Below, piece after piece: positions 25,462 through 36,237 of a stretch of 64,000 bases of DNA. Numbering within the stretch: the stretch's first letter is position 1; each line of letters opens with the position of its first letter. The translations under genes and the position numbers were made by a program. Under the pieces are notes generated by a model. That model was not told where the DNA came from and searched no databases. It was given only the letters and a program-made list of their open reading frames with translations. Where the stretch lies: the NCBI GenBank assembly GCA_033763905.1, contig JANRJP010000102.1, positions 1 through 64,000 on the forward strand. The letters run 5' to 3'. The stretch is from Gemmatimonadaceae bacterium (GTDB lineage Bacteria; Gemmatimonadota; Gemmatimonadetes; Gemmatimonadales; Gemmatimonadaceae).

Positions 25462-27971
25462 CAGCGGGATCCTCCGGCAATGCCCTTGAGCGTGAGTGTC
25501 GATCGAATGCGGTCCGCCGGCAACGCGGTCGGTGTGCGCGGCATCAACACCGGCTGCAACTGACCACTGGCCCACGTCTGCAGGCGATCGAGATACCGAG
25601 AACTGAACGGATTGCCCGACTGGCCGCCGGGGTAGATCGCCTGCACCGCGACGCTATCGCCCAGTTCAGCGACCATCCGCCAACTGGCGCCATTGCTGAG
25701 GCCATTGCGGGGCGCGAGGGTGTGCGGGCCGCTCGTCACGGCCACCTTGGGGCTCGCGAATGGCGCCAAACGCAACAGGTGCGGGACCTGTTGCGGGTAC
25801 GCCGAGCCCCACGCCCAGCGCGGATCGTCGGGGCCGCCAAACTTCTTGGTGGCGGAATCCCACGCGGCGGCCGCGACCTGCACCAGCACCTCGTTGCGCG
25901 ACTCGCGGGCGGGCGTGGACCCAATGTCCCACCACGTGCTCGTCGGCGCATCCATCAGCTGCGCCAGCTGCGTCTGCCCGGGCACTTCGAGCGCGGCCTT
26001 GGGCGACGTCGTGTCGCTGCTGATGAATTCATCCCACGCGGTACGGCCAAGGCCGGCCATCAGCTGCTCGAACAGCGTCGCGCCCTTGGAGTCGATCGTG
26101 TACCGGCGGTCCCAACTCCGCAGCAGTCGCCGCGATTTCTCGGCGCCAGCAGGCAGCGGGCCCGCTGCGGCCACGGTGTCGAGCGCCGCAAGAATGCGCG
26201 GTACGAACCATTCCGCCCGCTCACTGCCGGGGTCCGTCTGGTACTTCCGCATCGCGTCTGGCGTCACCGCCGAGTCTGCGCGCAGCAAGCGGTTGATGCG
26301 CATCGCGCGCCAGGGCGGCGCCCAACCCGTGCCCATATACCGGGGCTCGACCTTGGGGTCCATCGGCTGCTGATTCGCCGACGCCAGATACCCCTGCGCC
26401 GGATTCTTCGACTGCGGATACTCCGACGTCGACCAGTACCCCAGCCAGTCGCTCTTCGTCGTCGTGCCGTCGAAGATCAGTCGGCCGTCGCCGTTGCCGG
26501 GGCGAATCGGATACTTGCCGGTCGAGCGAATCGCGATGTTCCCGCTGCGATCCGCCGAGAGCATATTCTGCGCCGGCACGCCGTAGGGATTCATTGCGGC
26601 CCAATACTCGTCGACGTTCTTGACGCGATTCGTTGCCTCGAACGTCTGCACCGACGCCGCGCCGAACTCGGTCTCGTGCGCGGTCCAGCGGAAGCTCACC
26701 CAGCGCCCGCGCACCCGCGTCATCGGGCCGCGATGCGTATGCGGAATGGTGTCGACCTGCAGCACCGTCCCCTGCTTGTCACGGAAGGTCTCGATGCGAA
26801 TCTCGAGCGGCTTCCACGCGCCATCGAGCCAGTACTTCGTTGGTGCGGCCGCGACATCCACCGACTCGGCGTAGAAGTCCACGACGTCCGCGCCGGTGTT
26901 GGTGTACGTCCACGCGGCATCGCGATTGAAGCCGATGATCACGCCGGGCGTACCGGCAAAGGTCACGCCGGCCACGTCGAGGGTGTCGGGCACCACGAGA
27001 TGCACTTCGTACCACACCGACGGCAGCGAGAGGTCCAGATGCGGATCGCCAGCCAACAGCGCCTTGCCGCTCGCGGACCGCGAGGGCGCGACAGCCCAAT
27101 TGTTCGAACCGAGGCCGCTTTCGTCGCCCCGCTCCGTGAGCGTGCCGGGGAAGCGCGGGCCGATCGCAGCGGCGGCCAGGGACGCCAAGCGCGCCGCCGA
27201 CGTATCGCCCGGTCCGGGCTCGGGGATCACGGTCGGATCGCGCCGTGCCTCGCGCTGGCCATTCGGCTGAATCGGTTCCTGCAGGAAGGTCGCGCGCGGG
27301 AAGGCCCACGCCGCCACGTCGCGGCCGTAGACCGCCGCCGTCGACAGGAAGCCGACGTCGTCGTTGTCCCAGGCGAGGGTCTGCTGCATCCGGCTCAGCA
27401 GATAGAACGTGTGCACCGGTTCCCAGCGCATCGGACGCCGGCCGAGCAGGTGGTACTCGACCGGCACATCCGACGGGCGCATTTGCCCGATGAACGCGTT
27501 GACGCCGTCCGCGTACGCCTGCAGCGCCACGCGCACCGGCGAGTCCGCGGGCAGGGCGGCCCACTTGCGTTCGGCCGACCACGCGAGCCCCAAGCGACGG
27601 GCCTCGCGGTCGAGCGGCAGCGCCGCTGCGTTGAGTTCGCTCAGGGTGCCAGCCACCGCGCGGGTCTGCACCTCAAGCTCGAACAGGCGATCACGCGCCA
27701 CGACGTACCCGAGCGCGCGGTACGCGTCGAGCACCGAGGGCGCGAAGATGTGCGGGACGCCGCGGTCGTCGTACTGTACGGTGACGTCGGCGCCAAGCGA
27801 GGGCACGTAGCCGCGTGATGCCGGCGGAAGTTCGGCGCCTCGGGCGGCCGACCACACGCCACGCCAAGGATCGAGCAGTCCGCCTAGCGGCGGGGCAGGG
27901 CCAGCGCCCTTGGCCCCGACAAACAGCAACGCGGCGGCCACGAGGGCCGCCGCGATGAGCCGACTCGGCAT
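25461..27971 (-). CDS. Penicillin acylase / AHL-acylase family Ntn-hydrolase
   Basis: DDRGVPHI, ARDRLF, GSNNW (nucleophile Ser), DPHL, SANQ, SWR and PGGQSG. Confidence 0.93.
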   Translation of the reverse strand: MPSRLIAAALVAAALLFVGAKGAGPAPPLGGLLDPWRGVWSAARGAELPPASRGYVPSLGADVTVQYDDRGVPHIFAPSVLDAYRALGYVVARDRLFELEVQTRAVAGTLSELNAAALPLDREARRLGLAWSAERKWAALPADSPVRVALQAYADGVNAFIGQMRPSDVPVEYHLLGRRPMRWEPVHTFYLLSRMQQTLAWDNDDVGFLSTAAVYGRDVAAWAFPRATFLQEPIQPNGQREARRDPTVIPEPGPGDTSAARLASLAAAAIGPRFPGTLTERGDESGLGSNNWAVAPSRSASGKALLAGDPHLDLSLPSVWYEVHLVVPDTLDVAGVTFAGTPGVIIGFNRDAAWTYTNTGADVVDFYAESVDVAAAPTKYWLDGAWKPLEIRIETFRDKQGTVLQVDTIPHTHRGPMTRVRGRWVSFRWTAHETEFGAASVQTFEATNRVKNVDEYWAAMNPYGVPAQNMLSADRSGNIAIRSTGKYPIRPGNGDGRLIFDGTTTKSDWLGYWSTSEYPQSKNPAQGYLASANQQPMDPKVEPRYMGTGWAPPWRAMRINRLLRADSAVTPDAMRKYQTDPGSERAEWFVPRILAALDTVAAAGPLPAGAEKSRRLLRSWDRRYTIDSKGATLFEQLMAGLGRTAWDEFISSDTTSPKAALEVPGQTQLAQLMDAPTSTWWDIGSTPARESRNEVLVQVAAAAWDSATKKFGGPDDPRWAWGSAYPQQVPHLLRLAPFASPKVAVTSGPHTLAPRNGLSNGASWRMVAELGDSVAVQAIYPGGQSGNPFSSRYLDRLQTWASGQLQPVLMPRTPTALPADRIRSTLTLKGIAGGSR

Positions 27972-28762
27972 CAGTTGTCTCCGTCGAGCAGTCCGCCGAG
28001 CCCGCCGAGGATCGAGCCTTCCTCGCGTCGGCCACCCATCCCGATGCGCGAGGCCGAAATGATGCGGTCCGCGAGTCGCGAGAACGGCAGGGTCTGCAGG
28101 ATCACGCGGCCGGGGCCGGTGAGGTGCGCAAAGAAGAGGCCTTCACCGCCGAACAGCGCGGTCTTGATGCCCGGCACCATCCGAATGTCGTACTCGACGC
28201 TGGGCTGCATCGCCACGATGCAGCCGGTGTCGACGCGCAATGTCTGGCCCGGCTGCAGATCGACGTGGTGCAAGGTGCCCGACGCGTGCAGGAAGGCGAG
28301 GCCGTCGCCCGAGATGCGCTGCAGGATGAACCCTTCACCGCCGAAGAAGCCGGCGCCGATGCGCTTGGTGAAGGCGATCGCGACATCGAGGCCGCGCGCG
28401 CCGCACAGGAAGGAGTCCTTCTGCGCGATGATCGTCCCGCCCCATTCCTTGAGATCGACCGGCAGGATCTTGCCCGGATACGGGGCCGAGAAGGCCACGT
28501 CGCGCCGCGCACGCCCTTCGTTGGCGAACATCGTGATGAAGAACGAGTCGCCCGACAGCATGCGCTTGCCGCCCTGCAGCAGCTTGCCCCAGAGCGAGCT
28601 CTCCTTGCCCGACGCATCAAGGGTCGTGGCCATCTTGATGTCGTCTTCCATATACATCATCGCGCCGGCCTCGGCGACGGCGGCCTCGCCGGGATCGAGC
28701 GTGATGATGACGGCCTGCATATCGTCGCCGATCAGGCGGTAGTCAATGACGTCGGCTGGCAT
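27971..28762 (-). CDS. TIGR00266 / AIM24 family protein
   Basis: AEAGAMMYM, APYPGKI, GFFGGEGFILQ, VDTGC, LFGGEG and QTLPFSRLA. Confidence 0.9.
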   Translation of the reverse strand: MPADVIDYRLIGDDMQAVIITLDPGEAAVAEAGAMMYMEDDIKMATTLDASGKESSLWGKLLQGGKRMLSGDSFFITMFANEGRARRDVAFSAPYPGKILPVDLKEWGGTIIAQKDSFLCGARGLDVAIAFTKRIGAGFFGGEGFILQRISGDGLAFLHASGTLHHVDLQPGQTLRVDTGCIVAMQPSVEYDIRMVPGIKTALFGGEGLFFAHLTGPGRVILQTLPFSRLADRIISASRIGMGGRREEGSILGGLGGLLDGDN

Positions 28763-29040
28763 TGGAGGTATGTGCGTCAGGTCACAGTCAGGGGGCGGCG
28801 CGAAGCGGCCGGTTGCCGCAGGAGAGCGGCGCACCCTTGCAATATGGGCGGGGCGTTGCGGCGGAGGCGAGGGGCGGTGTCCCCAAACGGAGCCAGCGAA
28901 TCGTCACCTGCCGGCGACGAAACCGTTGCGGTCGTTCCCATCGTACGGGCGGTGACCCACTATTCAGGGGTCGCTCGGTCGTGGCCCGACTTGTGCGGAG
29001 TACCGACGCCGTGACCCCCTTTATCGTCCGAGGCTTTCAA

Positions 29041-29676
29041 ATGTCACTCGCTGGCCGTCTTTCGTTGCCCCGCGCGGGGCGCCTCGCGCTACTGGCCATC
29101 GTGGCCGCGTCCGCCGCGGCGTGCGCTCCCGCCAAGCGCGTCTCGCGCATCGATCCCAACGCCGTGACCGACCTGTCCGGGAAGTGGAACGACGCCGACT
29201 CGCGGCTCGTCGCCAACGCGCTGATCGAGCAGAGTCTCACCGGTGCCTGGCAGAAGCGCTTCACGGCCTCCCACGGCGGGAAGAATCCGACGGTGATGAT
29301 CGGCAGCTTCCGCAACAAGTCGATGGAGCTGATTCCGATCCAGACCTTCACCCGTGACCTGGAGCGCGCCTTCATCAACTCGGCGCAGGTCAGCGTCGTC
29401 GCGTCGAAGGAAGAGCGCGAAGAGATTCGCGCCGAGCGCGCGGATCAGCAGAACAACGCGGCCGCGGACACGCGTGCGCGGCAGGCGATGGAAGCCGGCG
29501 CCAACTATATGCTGCAGGGCGACGTGCAGAGCATCGAGGATAGCGAAGGGCGTGAGAAGATCATCTACTACCAGATCGATGCCACGCTGATCGATCTCGA
29601 ATCCGGCCAGAAGGTCTGGGTCGGGCAGCACCGGATCAAGAAGTACATCGAACGTCGTCGACTCGGGATGGAGTGA
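29041..29676 (+). CDS. lpoB: LpoB-family lipoprotein (PBP activator-like)
   Basis: GAGG RBS; lipobox AAAC; DLSGKWNDAD, FRNKS and LIDLESGQKVW. Confidence 0.75.
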   Translation: MSLAGRLSLPRAGRLALLAIVAASAAACAPAKRVSRIDPNAVTDLSGKWNDADSRLVANALIEQSLTGAWQKRFTASHGGKNPTVMIGSFRNKSMELIPIQTFTRDLERAFINSAQVSVVASKEEREEIRAERADQQNNAAADTRARQAMEAGANYMLQGDVQSIEDSEGREKIIYYQIDATLIDLESGQKVWVGQHRIKKYIERRRLGME

Positions 29677-29683
29677 CCTGACT

Positions 29684-30538
29684 ATGCGTACCGCAACTCG
29701 ATTCCTCGTATTGGTGCCGGCCGTCGCGCTGCTGACGGGCTGCGTGGCCAACCGCGTGCGTGAAGCGCCGATCCTCGTAAACGGCGAGCGGGTGAAGAAC
29801 ACGGATTCGCTCGTCGCGGCGGTTGGCGCGCGCGGCGACGTCGATCGCGCCCGGCTCGAAGCGCGGCGCGACTCGCTCAACCAGGTGGCGATGTCGACCT
29901 GCAACGGTGCGGTCTGCGCGGCGCTGGCGCGGGGCGAGGTCGTGCTCGGAATGAACACGGCCCAGGTGATGGTGGCGACGAAGACCACCCCCGAAGCGTG
30001 GAGCCTGCGTGCTGCGGGCCCGGCGACGATTATGACGCCGCGGACCTTGGCGCGGGCCCCGCGCGACGGCACCGGCGAGCTCGCGATGGTCCAGCTGCAG
30101 AACGGCGGCGTGAGCACCTACGCCTACCGCGAACGGCAGGGGCTGCGCGTCGTGGCGGTGGCCGAAGACACCACGACCGCCGCGCGCAACCGCGTGCTTG
30201 GGGATCGCCTCGAGCGCGAAGGGGACGATTTCCTGTCGGCGGGCGACCGCGCGCAGGCGCTCGACCGCTTCGATCGCGCGCTGCTGCTCAAGCCGTCGGA
30301 TCCTGGGCTCGAGTACAAGGTCGCGGCGTTGCTCGACTTGCAGTTGCGGCCGGTCGAAGCGCTGATGCGGTACCAGCGATTCCTGCAGCAGCTGGAACTC
30401 GAACGGATTGACGCCCGCGGCGAGGCGAATGCCAAGCTCACCGAGGCGGTCGTCCGGGCGCAGCAGCGGATCATCGTGCTGCGTCGCGAAACCGAGGGGG
30501 CGGCGCCCGAGCCGCCCGCCGAGGACATCCGGGACTGA
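29684..30538 (+). CDS. Lipoprotein with C-terminal TPR-like helices
   Basis: Lipobox LTGC; GEVVLGMNTAQV (SmpA/BamE-like motif); TPR-like AQALDRFDRALLLKP. Confidence 0.7.
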   Translation: MRTATRFLVLVPAVALLTGCVANRVREAPILVNGERVKNTDSLVAAVGARGDVDRARLEARRDSLNQVAMSTCNGAVCAALARGEVVLGMNTAQVMVATKTTPEAWSLRAAGPATIMTPRTLARAPRDGTGELAMVQLQNGGVSTYAYRERQGLRVVAVAEDTTTAARNRVLGDRLEREGDDFLSAGDRAQALDRFDRALLLKPSDPGLEYKVAALLDLQLRPVEALMRYQRFLQQLELERIDARGEANAKLTEAVVRAQQRIIVLRRETEGAAPEPPAEDIRD

Positions 30539-30542
30539 TCTG

Positions 30543-32069
30543 ATGAACGTGCGCCGTTCCCTCACGGCGCTGGTGGCGGCAGGGTCGCTGATGACGCTGG
30601 CAGGGTGCGGCGTCATCGGCGCCACCGCGTCGTCCTACGCCGTCACGCCGCAGGGCCTCGAAGTCCGCGAGCAGGAGCTGCGTTCGATGCTCCCGTATGC
30701 GGGCCGCGACTCTGCGGCGCGGGTGGTGCCGCCCGATCTGGCGCCGCGTGACGCGTTGCTTCGCGCCCTGTATGACGGCACATGGGCGTACTACGCCGGC
30801 GAGTGGGATCGCGCCTCGGCGGGCTTCGTCGCAGCCGCCGATCTGGCGGAGGACCGCTACACCAAGAGCATCACGCAGAATGCGGCCGCGCTGCTCACGA
30901 ATGATCGGGCACTCTCGTACACGCCGGGGCATACCGAGCGCCTGCTGACGCACTACTACGGCGCCTTGGCGTTCATCGGGAAGGGCGACACCGAAAGCGC
31001 GGCGGTCGAAGCCCGTCGCCTCGGGGCGATGCTCGAGAAGCTCGCCCCGGAGAGCTCGGATCGCGACCGGTCCCTGCGCGCGGTGTTGCGGCTGGTGTCC
31101 GGCGCGGTCTTCGAAGCGGCGGGTGAGGCGAACGATGCCGATGTCTCCTACCGGAATGCGCGCGCCCTGCTCGGGGCCGACTCGCTGCAACTGCCGGGGC
31201 GGACGGCGATTCCCGCCGACTCGGGCGACGTGCTCGTGCTGGTCGAGACCGGCTGGGTGGCCCACAAGGTCGCGCAGGAACTCGTGATCCCGGTCTACGG
31301 CAGCGAAGCCAGAGCCTTCAGTGATTCGGGAAACGCCGCGGCGAGACTCGGCGTGGCCGCCACACTGGCGGGGCGCACCGTGCTCTTGATGGCCGCGCGC
31401 CCCGATCAGGGGATCTGGTGGGTCGACGGCCAGCCGATGGTCGTGAACTCATGGGGCGGCGTCGGCGTCGCGCGGCCGCTCGATAAGGACGGCTATATGC
31501 TCAAGCTGTCCTGGCCGGTGATGCGCCGCTCGTCTGCCGCCCGGAGCGCGCTCACGGCGGTCGCGTCGTCGCCCTCCCCGGGGATGCTTGGCGGGCTGCT
31601 CGGGAGCACGACCAGCGGCGTGGTCGCCGATCTCAATGACGCGGCCGCCGCCGATCTGTCTCGTGATCGCAACGCGATCCTGACCCGCACGATCGTGCGA
31701 CAGGCGGTGAAGTTCGCGGCGGTGCAGGCGGGCGAGGCCAAGGCCACGAAGAAGTGGGGCGATCTCACCGGCAGTATTGTCGGTGGGTTGCTCAACGCGG
31801 CCGGCGCCGCACTGGAACGCGCCGACACGCGGGGCTGGTGGTTGCTGCCCGCGGGGATCAGCGCGGTGCGGGTGCGTCTTCCGGTGGGAGAGCAGCCGAT
31901 CGCGGCCGCCGTTGGTATCGGCGGCCGCGATCTCGGGAGTGTGACCGTGCGTCCGGGGCGGCTGACGGTCGTCAGCCGCCGGATCTGGAGCGGCCAAGCG
32001 GCCGCGCTGCCGACGCCGGCTACGCTGCCCGCTGGCCCGAGCGCCGAGACCGCGTTGCGCGATCGCTGA
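30543..32069 (+). CDS. COG3014-family lipoprotein
   Basis: Lipobox LAGC; YTKSI, LTND, AAVEARR and [10 protein letters not shown]; 3' end overlaps the convergent MCP by 50 nt. Confidence 0.78.
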   Translation: MNVRRSLTALVAAGSLMTLAGCGVIGATASSYAVTPQGLEVREQELRSMLPYAGRDSAARVVPPDLAPRDALLRALYDGTWAYYAGEWDRASAGFVAAADLAEDRYTKSITQNAAALLTNDRALSYTPGHTERLLTHYYGALAFIGKGDTESAAVEARRLGAMLEKLAPESSDRDRSLRAVLRLVSGAVFEAAGEANDADVSYRNARALLGADSLQLPGRTAIPADSGDVLVLVETGWVAHKVAQELVIPVYGSEARAFSDSGNAAARLGVAATLAGRTVLLMAARPDQGIWWVDGQPMVVNSWGGVGVARPLDKDGYMLKLSWPVMRRSSAARSALTAVASSPSPGMLGGLLGSTTSGVVADLNDAAAADLSRDRNAILTRTIVRQAVKFAAVQAGEAKATKKWGDLTGSIVGGLLNAAGAALERADTRGWWLLPAGISAVRVRLPVGEQPIAAAVGIGGRDLGSVTVRPGRLTVVSRRIWSGQAAALPTPATLPAGPSAETALRDR

Positions 32070-33987
32070 GCTGGAAGGCGGCCGTGCGCTCCTGCAGGAC
32101 GGACGACTGCTTCCGGAGCGCTTCGGCACCAGCCGACGTCTCCTCTGCCGTGGCGGCGCCCTGCGTCGTCAGGTCGCTGATCGTCTCGAGCGCCGAGACC
32201 ACCTGCGCGACACTGGTCGTCTGCTGTTCGGCCGCGTCGGCGACGCGGTGGATGACGTCGGTGAGTTCGGCGATGCGCGAATCCACAGTAATGATCCCGG
32301 AAACCGCGTCCTCGCCGAGGGCGCTGCCTTGCTCCACGGCGCCCAAGCTCTCCTCGATCAACTGCGCGGTTTGACGCGCGGCTTCGCCGCTTCGGGTCGC
32401 TAGGGCGCGCACCTCTTCGGCCACGACGGCGAATCCTCTGCCGGCGTCACCGGCACGCGCCGCTTCCACCGCCGCGTTGAGCGCGAGGAGATTGGTCTGG
32501 AACGCGATCTCGTCGATGGTGCGCACCACGCGCGACGTGGCCTCAGCCGTTGTCCGGATGCGATTGAGCGCGTTGGCGAGCGCTTCGAGCGACGACTTGC
32601 CGGCGCTTGATGCCTGCTGTGCGGCCTGCGTCAGCGCGCGAGCGCCCGCAGCTTCCCGCGCGACGGCGCGGCTGGTGTCGCGCTGCACCGTCGCGTGGGC
32701 GGTGATTTCCTGCAACTGCCCTGCCTGCGTGCTGGCCGCGTCGGCGCTGAGGACGGCGCCAGAGGCGATTTCGTCGCCGGCGCGGGCGATGGTGTCGGCG
32801 GCCGTGGCCACGTCGCGCAGGGTGGCATCGAGCGCGTCGAGCGTTTCGTTCAAGGCGCGTGCGATGTCGCCCTGCTCACCGGTGTGATGCCCCTGCACGC
32901 GCACGGCCAGATTGCCCGCGGCCATTTCGGCCAACACCCCGCGGAACTCCCGGTTGGCGTCGAGCATCGGCTGGATCACGCCGTCGAGTGCCGCGTTCAT
33001 CGTGCGGGCGAGCTGGAGCAGTTCGCCCTGGAAGCCGGTGGTGTCGATCCGGTGCGTCAGCTCGCCGCGCTGCATCGCTCGGGCCAGTCCTTGCACGCCT
33101 TCGACGACGCGCGCCAACTCGCGCTGCGTGGTGCTGAAGCTCTGGACGGTGTCCTGCGTCTTGCCGGTGATGGTATCGATCGCGTTGGCGAGCTGGCCGA
33201 GCTCGTCGGACCGCCCCAGGAGCAGCTTCGTCGTCTTCGGTTCCACGACCACCGAGAAGTCACCGGCCGCCATCGCGCGGCTGGCACGCTCGAGGCCGCC
33301 GATGCAATGGACCACGAGCGACTCCGCCTTGGCCTGCATCGAGGACACGACGTGTCCCAGATCGCGCATCAGCCGGTAGGCGGTGAACAGCGACAGCAGC
33401 AGAATGATCGCGCCGAGAATGATCGCGGTCGTCCGCGCGCGGTTGACGGCGGCGGCGGAGGTGTCGAGCTCCTCGCGCGAGACGCGGAGCTGCAGGTCGA
33501 CGAGTTGTTCGAAGCGGGCCTGCGCCGGGGCAAGCTTGGCATCGAGCGCCGATTGCCGCTCGAGAATCGCCGTCGCGCTCGGAGCGCCCTTGCGGAACTC
33601 CACCGCGTCGACGAGCGCGTTCCGGGCCTCCGCGAAATCGATCTTCTGCGCATCGGCGAGCTGCTGCTCTTCCGGCGTCAGATAGGTCGCGAGATACGCC
33701 GTCCACACCGAGTCCGACATCTTGATCAGCGTGCCAACCTCGCGTTCGACCGTCGGCAGGTCAGCGAGCGGGTTGGTGACGATCGCCTCGGCTTGCGCGA
33801 GGTTGGTCTTGAGGTGCGCCAGCTGATCGAGCACCAGGACGCGGTCGGCATACACGGTGCCAAAGCGGGCCTGCGTGGCGGACATCGCCGAGAGCGCGAC
33901 CACGGCAAAGGCGACGAAGACCGCAGCGACGGCTGCGAATCCCAAGCCGACCCGAGCACGAACCGACAACCTCGACGAACCTCTCAT
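32020..33987 (-). CDS. Methyl-accepting chemotaxis protein (four-helix sensor, HAMP domains, signalling domain)
   Basis: GGAG RBS; TM1, VYADR periplasmic domain, TM2, [44 protein letters not shown]. Confidence 0.95.
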   Translation of the reverse strand: MRGSSRLSVRARVGLGFAAVAAVFVAFAVVALSAMSATQARFGTVYADRVLVLDQLAHLKTNLAQAEAIVTNPLADLPTVEREVGTLIKMSDSVWTAYLATYLTPEEQQLADAQKIDFAEARNALVDAVEFRKGAPSATAILERQSALDAKLAPAQARFEQLVDLQLRVSREELDTSAAAVNRARTTAIILGAIILLLSLFTAYRLMRDLGHVVSSMQAKAESLVVHCIGGLERASRAMAAGDFSVVVEPKTTKLLLGRSDELGQLANAIDTITGKTQDTVQSFSTTQRELARVVEGVQGLARAMQRGELTHRIDTTGFQGELLQLARTMNAALDGVIQPMLDANREFRGVLAEMAAGNLAVRVQGHHTGEQGDIARALNETLDALDATLRDVATAADTIARAGDEIASGAVLSADAASTQAGQLQEITAHATVQRDTSRAVAREAAGARALTQAAQQASSAGKSSLEALANALNRIRTTAEATSRVVRTIDEIAFQTNLLALNAAVEAARAGDAGRGFAVVAEEVRALATRSGEAARQTAQLIEESLGAVEQGSALGEDAVSGIITVDSRIAELTDVIHRVADAAEQQTTSVAQVVSALETISDLTTQGAATAEETSAGAEALRKQSSVLQERTAAFQLSDRATRSRRSGQRAA

Positions 33988-34058
33988 TACGCTTTCCTCT
34001 CCAGGATCCGGAGAGCCGACACGGGTACCGCACCCGCCCGGCCTCCGATTCCTGAGTG

Positions 34059-34086
34059 GTTTCGTCAACTGTTAAAAGAACCTTTA
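34059..34086 (-). promoter_or_regulatory. Candidate sigma-28 (FliA/SigD) promoter for the MCP gene
   Basis: Minus strand reads TAAA-N16-GACGAAAC (consensus TAAA-N15/16-GCCGATAA) in an AT-rich patch. Confidence 0.4.
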
Positions 34087-34106
34087 GTCCAAACCGATGG
34101 TGAACG

Positions 34107-34622
34107 TCACGCCGGCGGCAGGACTCGCAGGAGTCCTTGGGCGAAGGCGGGCAGATCCTTGGGCACCCGCGCGCTTACGAGGTTGCCGTCCACCACGCAG
34201 GGTTCGTCCACCCAGCGGGCGCCCGCGTTCTCCACGTCGTCGCGGATCCCCACCGTGCTCGTCAGCGTCCGGCCCCGGACGATGCCGGCGGAGATCAGGA
34301 TCCACGGCCCGTGGCAGATCGTGCCGACCAGCTTGCCCTGTTCGTGCACGCGTCGCACGAGCGCCAGCAGGTCCCGGTCACGCCGCAGCTTGTCTGGGGC
34401 CCACCCGCCCGGGGCAATGATGCCGACCAACGCGTCGGCGGTGTAGTCGCGCACGTGGCCATCCATTGTGGCCGGGTACCCGTGCTTTCCGCGGTACGCG
34501 GGTTCGCCGATACCAGCCAGCGGCACGGTGAACCCGGCCTCCTCCAGCCGCAGCTTGGGATACCACACCTCGAGGTCTTCGTACTCGGGGCCGCAGAGCA
34601 TCAGGACGGTACCACGTGACAT
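34107..34622 (-). CDS. PfpI/DJ-1 family type 1 glutamine amidotransferase-like protein
   Basis: YEDLE, GKHGY, PGGWAPD, ICHG and VDGNLVSAR. Confidence 0.92.
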   Translation of the reverse strand: MSRGTVLMLCGPEYEDLEVWYPKLRLEEAGFTVPLAGIGEPAYRGKHGYPATMDGHVRDYTADALVGIIAPGGWAPDKLRRDRDLLALVRRVHEQGKLVGTICHGPWILISAGIVRGRTLTSTVGIRDDVENAGARWVDEPCVVDGNLVSARVPKDLPAFAQGLLRVLPPA

Positions 34623-34705
34623 GGGCGTGCGTATCGGAAAGGGGAGGGTGGACCCGTGCAGCGTCGGGGGCGTGCATCTTTACGTCCTGCGGGCCGGGAT
34701 GCACA

Positions 34706-35512
34706 ATGCCGGAGGCGACGACGCCGTCTGGCGGGGTCGCCCCTTACGCCAGAACACGGGGACGAGTGCCGAGTACCAGAACGCCGACGAGCCGCCCGAA
34801 GAGTACCAAAGCCGCCGCGCGGCCGCCCAAGCGCACTCGCACCGCCACCAAGGCGCGCGCCGCCGCCGCGTCGCGGATGATCCGCGTGACCGAGTGGGAG
34901 TTGCAACGGATTCTGCTCGATATTCACGACGGACCGGTGCAGTCGATGTATGCGGCGCTGTCGCAGTTGGATCTGCTCCGCCGCACCCTGGAGGGCTGCG
35001 AGGGCGACGGCGTCGTCGAGGCTCGCGAACGGGCGGACCGCATTCGCCGGTCGCTGGAGACCGGGTTGGCCGAGGTCCGGCAGTTCATCGGCGAGTTCCG
35101 GCCGCCCGAATTCAAGGACCGGCGGCTGTTGGAGTTGCTCGAGGCACTGGCACTGCAGCACGAAGCGGCCACCGATACGCGAGTGATGCTGGCGGTGCGA
35201 TCGACCGTCCCCGAGACGGCGCTGCCCGTGAACATCGTGCTGTATCGCGTAATGCAGGAGGCGCTGTCCAATGCGTACCGCCACGGTGGGGCGCGCACGG
35301 TCCACGTGACGGTGAGCCCCGCGGGCCGAACCGCAGTACGGATGACCATTTCCGATGATGGGGCGGGGTTTGATCCGGGGGTGGAAGCCCCCGATGCACA
35401 CTTTGGGCTCAAAGGGATGCGAGATCGCGTCGAGATGATTGGCGGGCGATTCGGCCTCACGAGCCGCCTGGGGCGGGGAACGCAGGTCGCCGTCGAGGTA
35501 CCGCTTCGATGA
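34706..35512 (+). CDS. Cytoplasmic HisKA_3-type histidine kinase with no recognisable sensor domain
   Basis: DIHDGPVQ H-box, QEALSNAYRH N-box, DDGAGF, FGLKGMRDR; start uncertain (34706, or the later MIRVTEW start). Confidence 0.85.
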   Translation: MPEATTPSGGVAPYARTRGRVPSTRTPTSRPKSTKAAARPPKRTRTATKARAAAASRMIRVTEWELQRILLDIHDGPVQSMYAALSQLDLLRRTLEGCEGDGVVEARERADRIRRSLETGLAEVRQFIGEFRPPEFKDRRLLELLEALALQHEAATDTRVMLAVRSTVPETALPVNIVLYRVMQEALSNAYRHGGARTVHVTVSPAGRTAVRMTISDDGAGFDPGVEAPDAHFGLKGMRDRVEMIGGRFGLTSRLGRGTQVAVEVPLR

Positions 35513-36141
35513 CCAAGATCCGCGTCGTATTGGCCGACGACCACGAGTTGGTGCTCGAAGGACTCCGCGCGCTGCTGTCCGCGGAACGGGACATTGAAGT
35601 GCTGGCGACGACGACGAGTGGCGAGCAGTTGGTGGAACTGGTGCGCAAGCACAAGCCCGATGTCGCGGTGCTCGACCTCGAAATGGGCCCGATGAGCGGG
35701 CTGGCCTGCCTGTCGAAGATCCGCGCCGAGAAGTTGCCGGTCCGAGTGCTGGTGCTGACCGCGTACAACGATGGCGCGAGTATCCGTGCCGCGCTGGAGG
35801 GCGGTGCGGACGGATTCGCGCTGAAGACGGAGCCGCCGCAGCAGACGGTGTCGAGCGTGCGGCAGGTGGTGCGGGGGCAACTCGTGTTTCCGGCCGCGGC
35901 CAAGCGGTGGCTGCTTGGGCGTCAGGCGCCGCCGGATCCGGAAAAGCTCACCGAGCGGGAGCAAGCCGTGCTGGCGCTCGTGGCCGAGGGCGTCACCAAC
36001 GCCGAGATCGCGCGGCAACTTCGCGTGTCGGAAAACACCGTGAAGTTCCACCTGCAGAACCTGTATCTGAAGCTCGGGGTCTCGAACCGGACGGAAGCGG
36101 CGGCGCACTTCCTGCGCGAGCGGGCGTTGCGGCGGTCGTGA
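35509..36141 (+). CDS. NarL/LuxR-family response regulator
   Basis: LADDH, VLDLEM, LTEREQ, G-TNAEIA and TVKFHL. Confidence 0.95.
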   Translation: MTKIRVVLADDHELVLEGLRALLSAERDIEVLATTTSGEQLVELVRKHKPDVAVLDLEMGPMSGLACLSKIRAEKLPVRVLVLTAYNDGASIRAALEGGADGFALKTEPPQQTVSSVRQVVRGQLVFPAAAKRWLLGRQAPPDPEKLTEREQAVLALVAEGVTNAEIARQLRVSENTVKFHLQNLYLKLGVSNRTEAAAHFLRERALRRS

Positions 36142-36184
36142 GGCTGCTGGTCGGATCACGGCGGCCACGCAGTCAATCCGAACG

Positions 36185-36215
36185 AAAAACGCCCCGCCGA
36201 TACTGGCGGGGCGTT
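36185..36215 (-). terminator. Intrinsic terminator for the minus-strand small ORF
   Basis: 11-bp stem aacgccccgcc / ggcggggcgtt; A5 on the + strand gives a U-tract on the minus transcript. Confidence 0.8.
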
Positions 36216-36237
36216 CTGCTTGCAGGCCGCGTGCCGC

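Noticed and set aside
34761..34812. Short degenerate repeat (gacgag...gagtacca twice)
   Set aside because: Two imperfect copies within a low-complexity coding segment; no array structure
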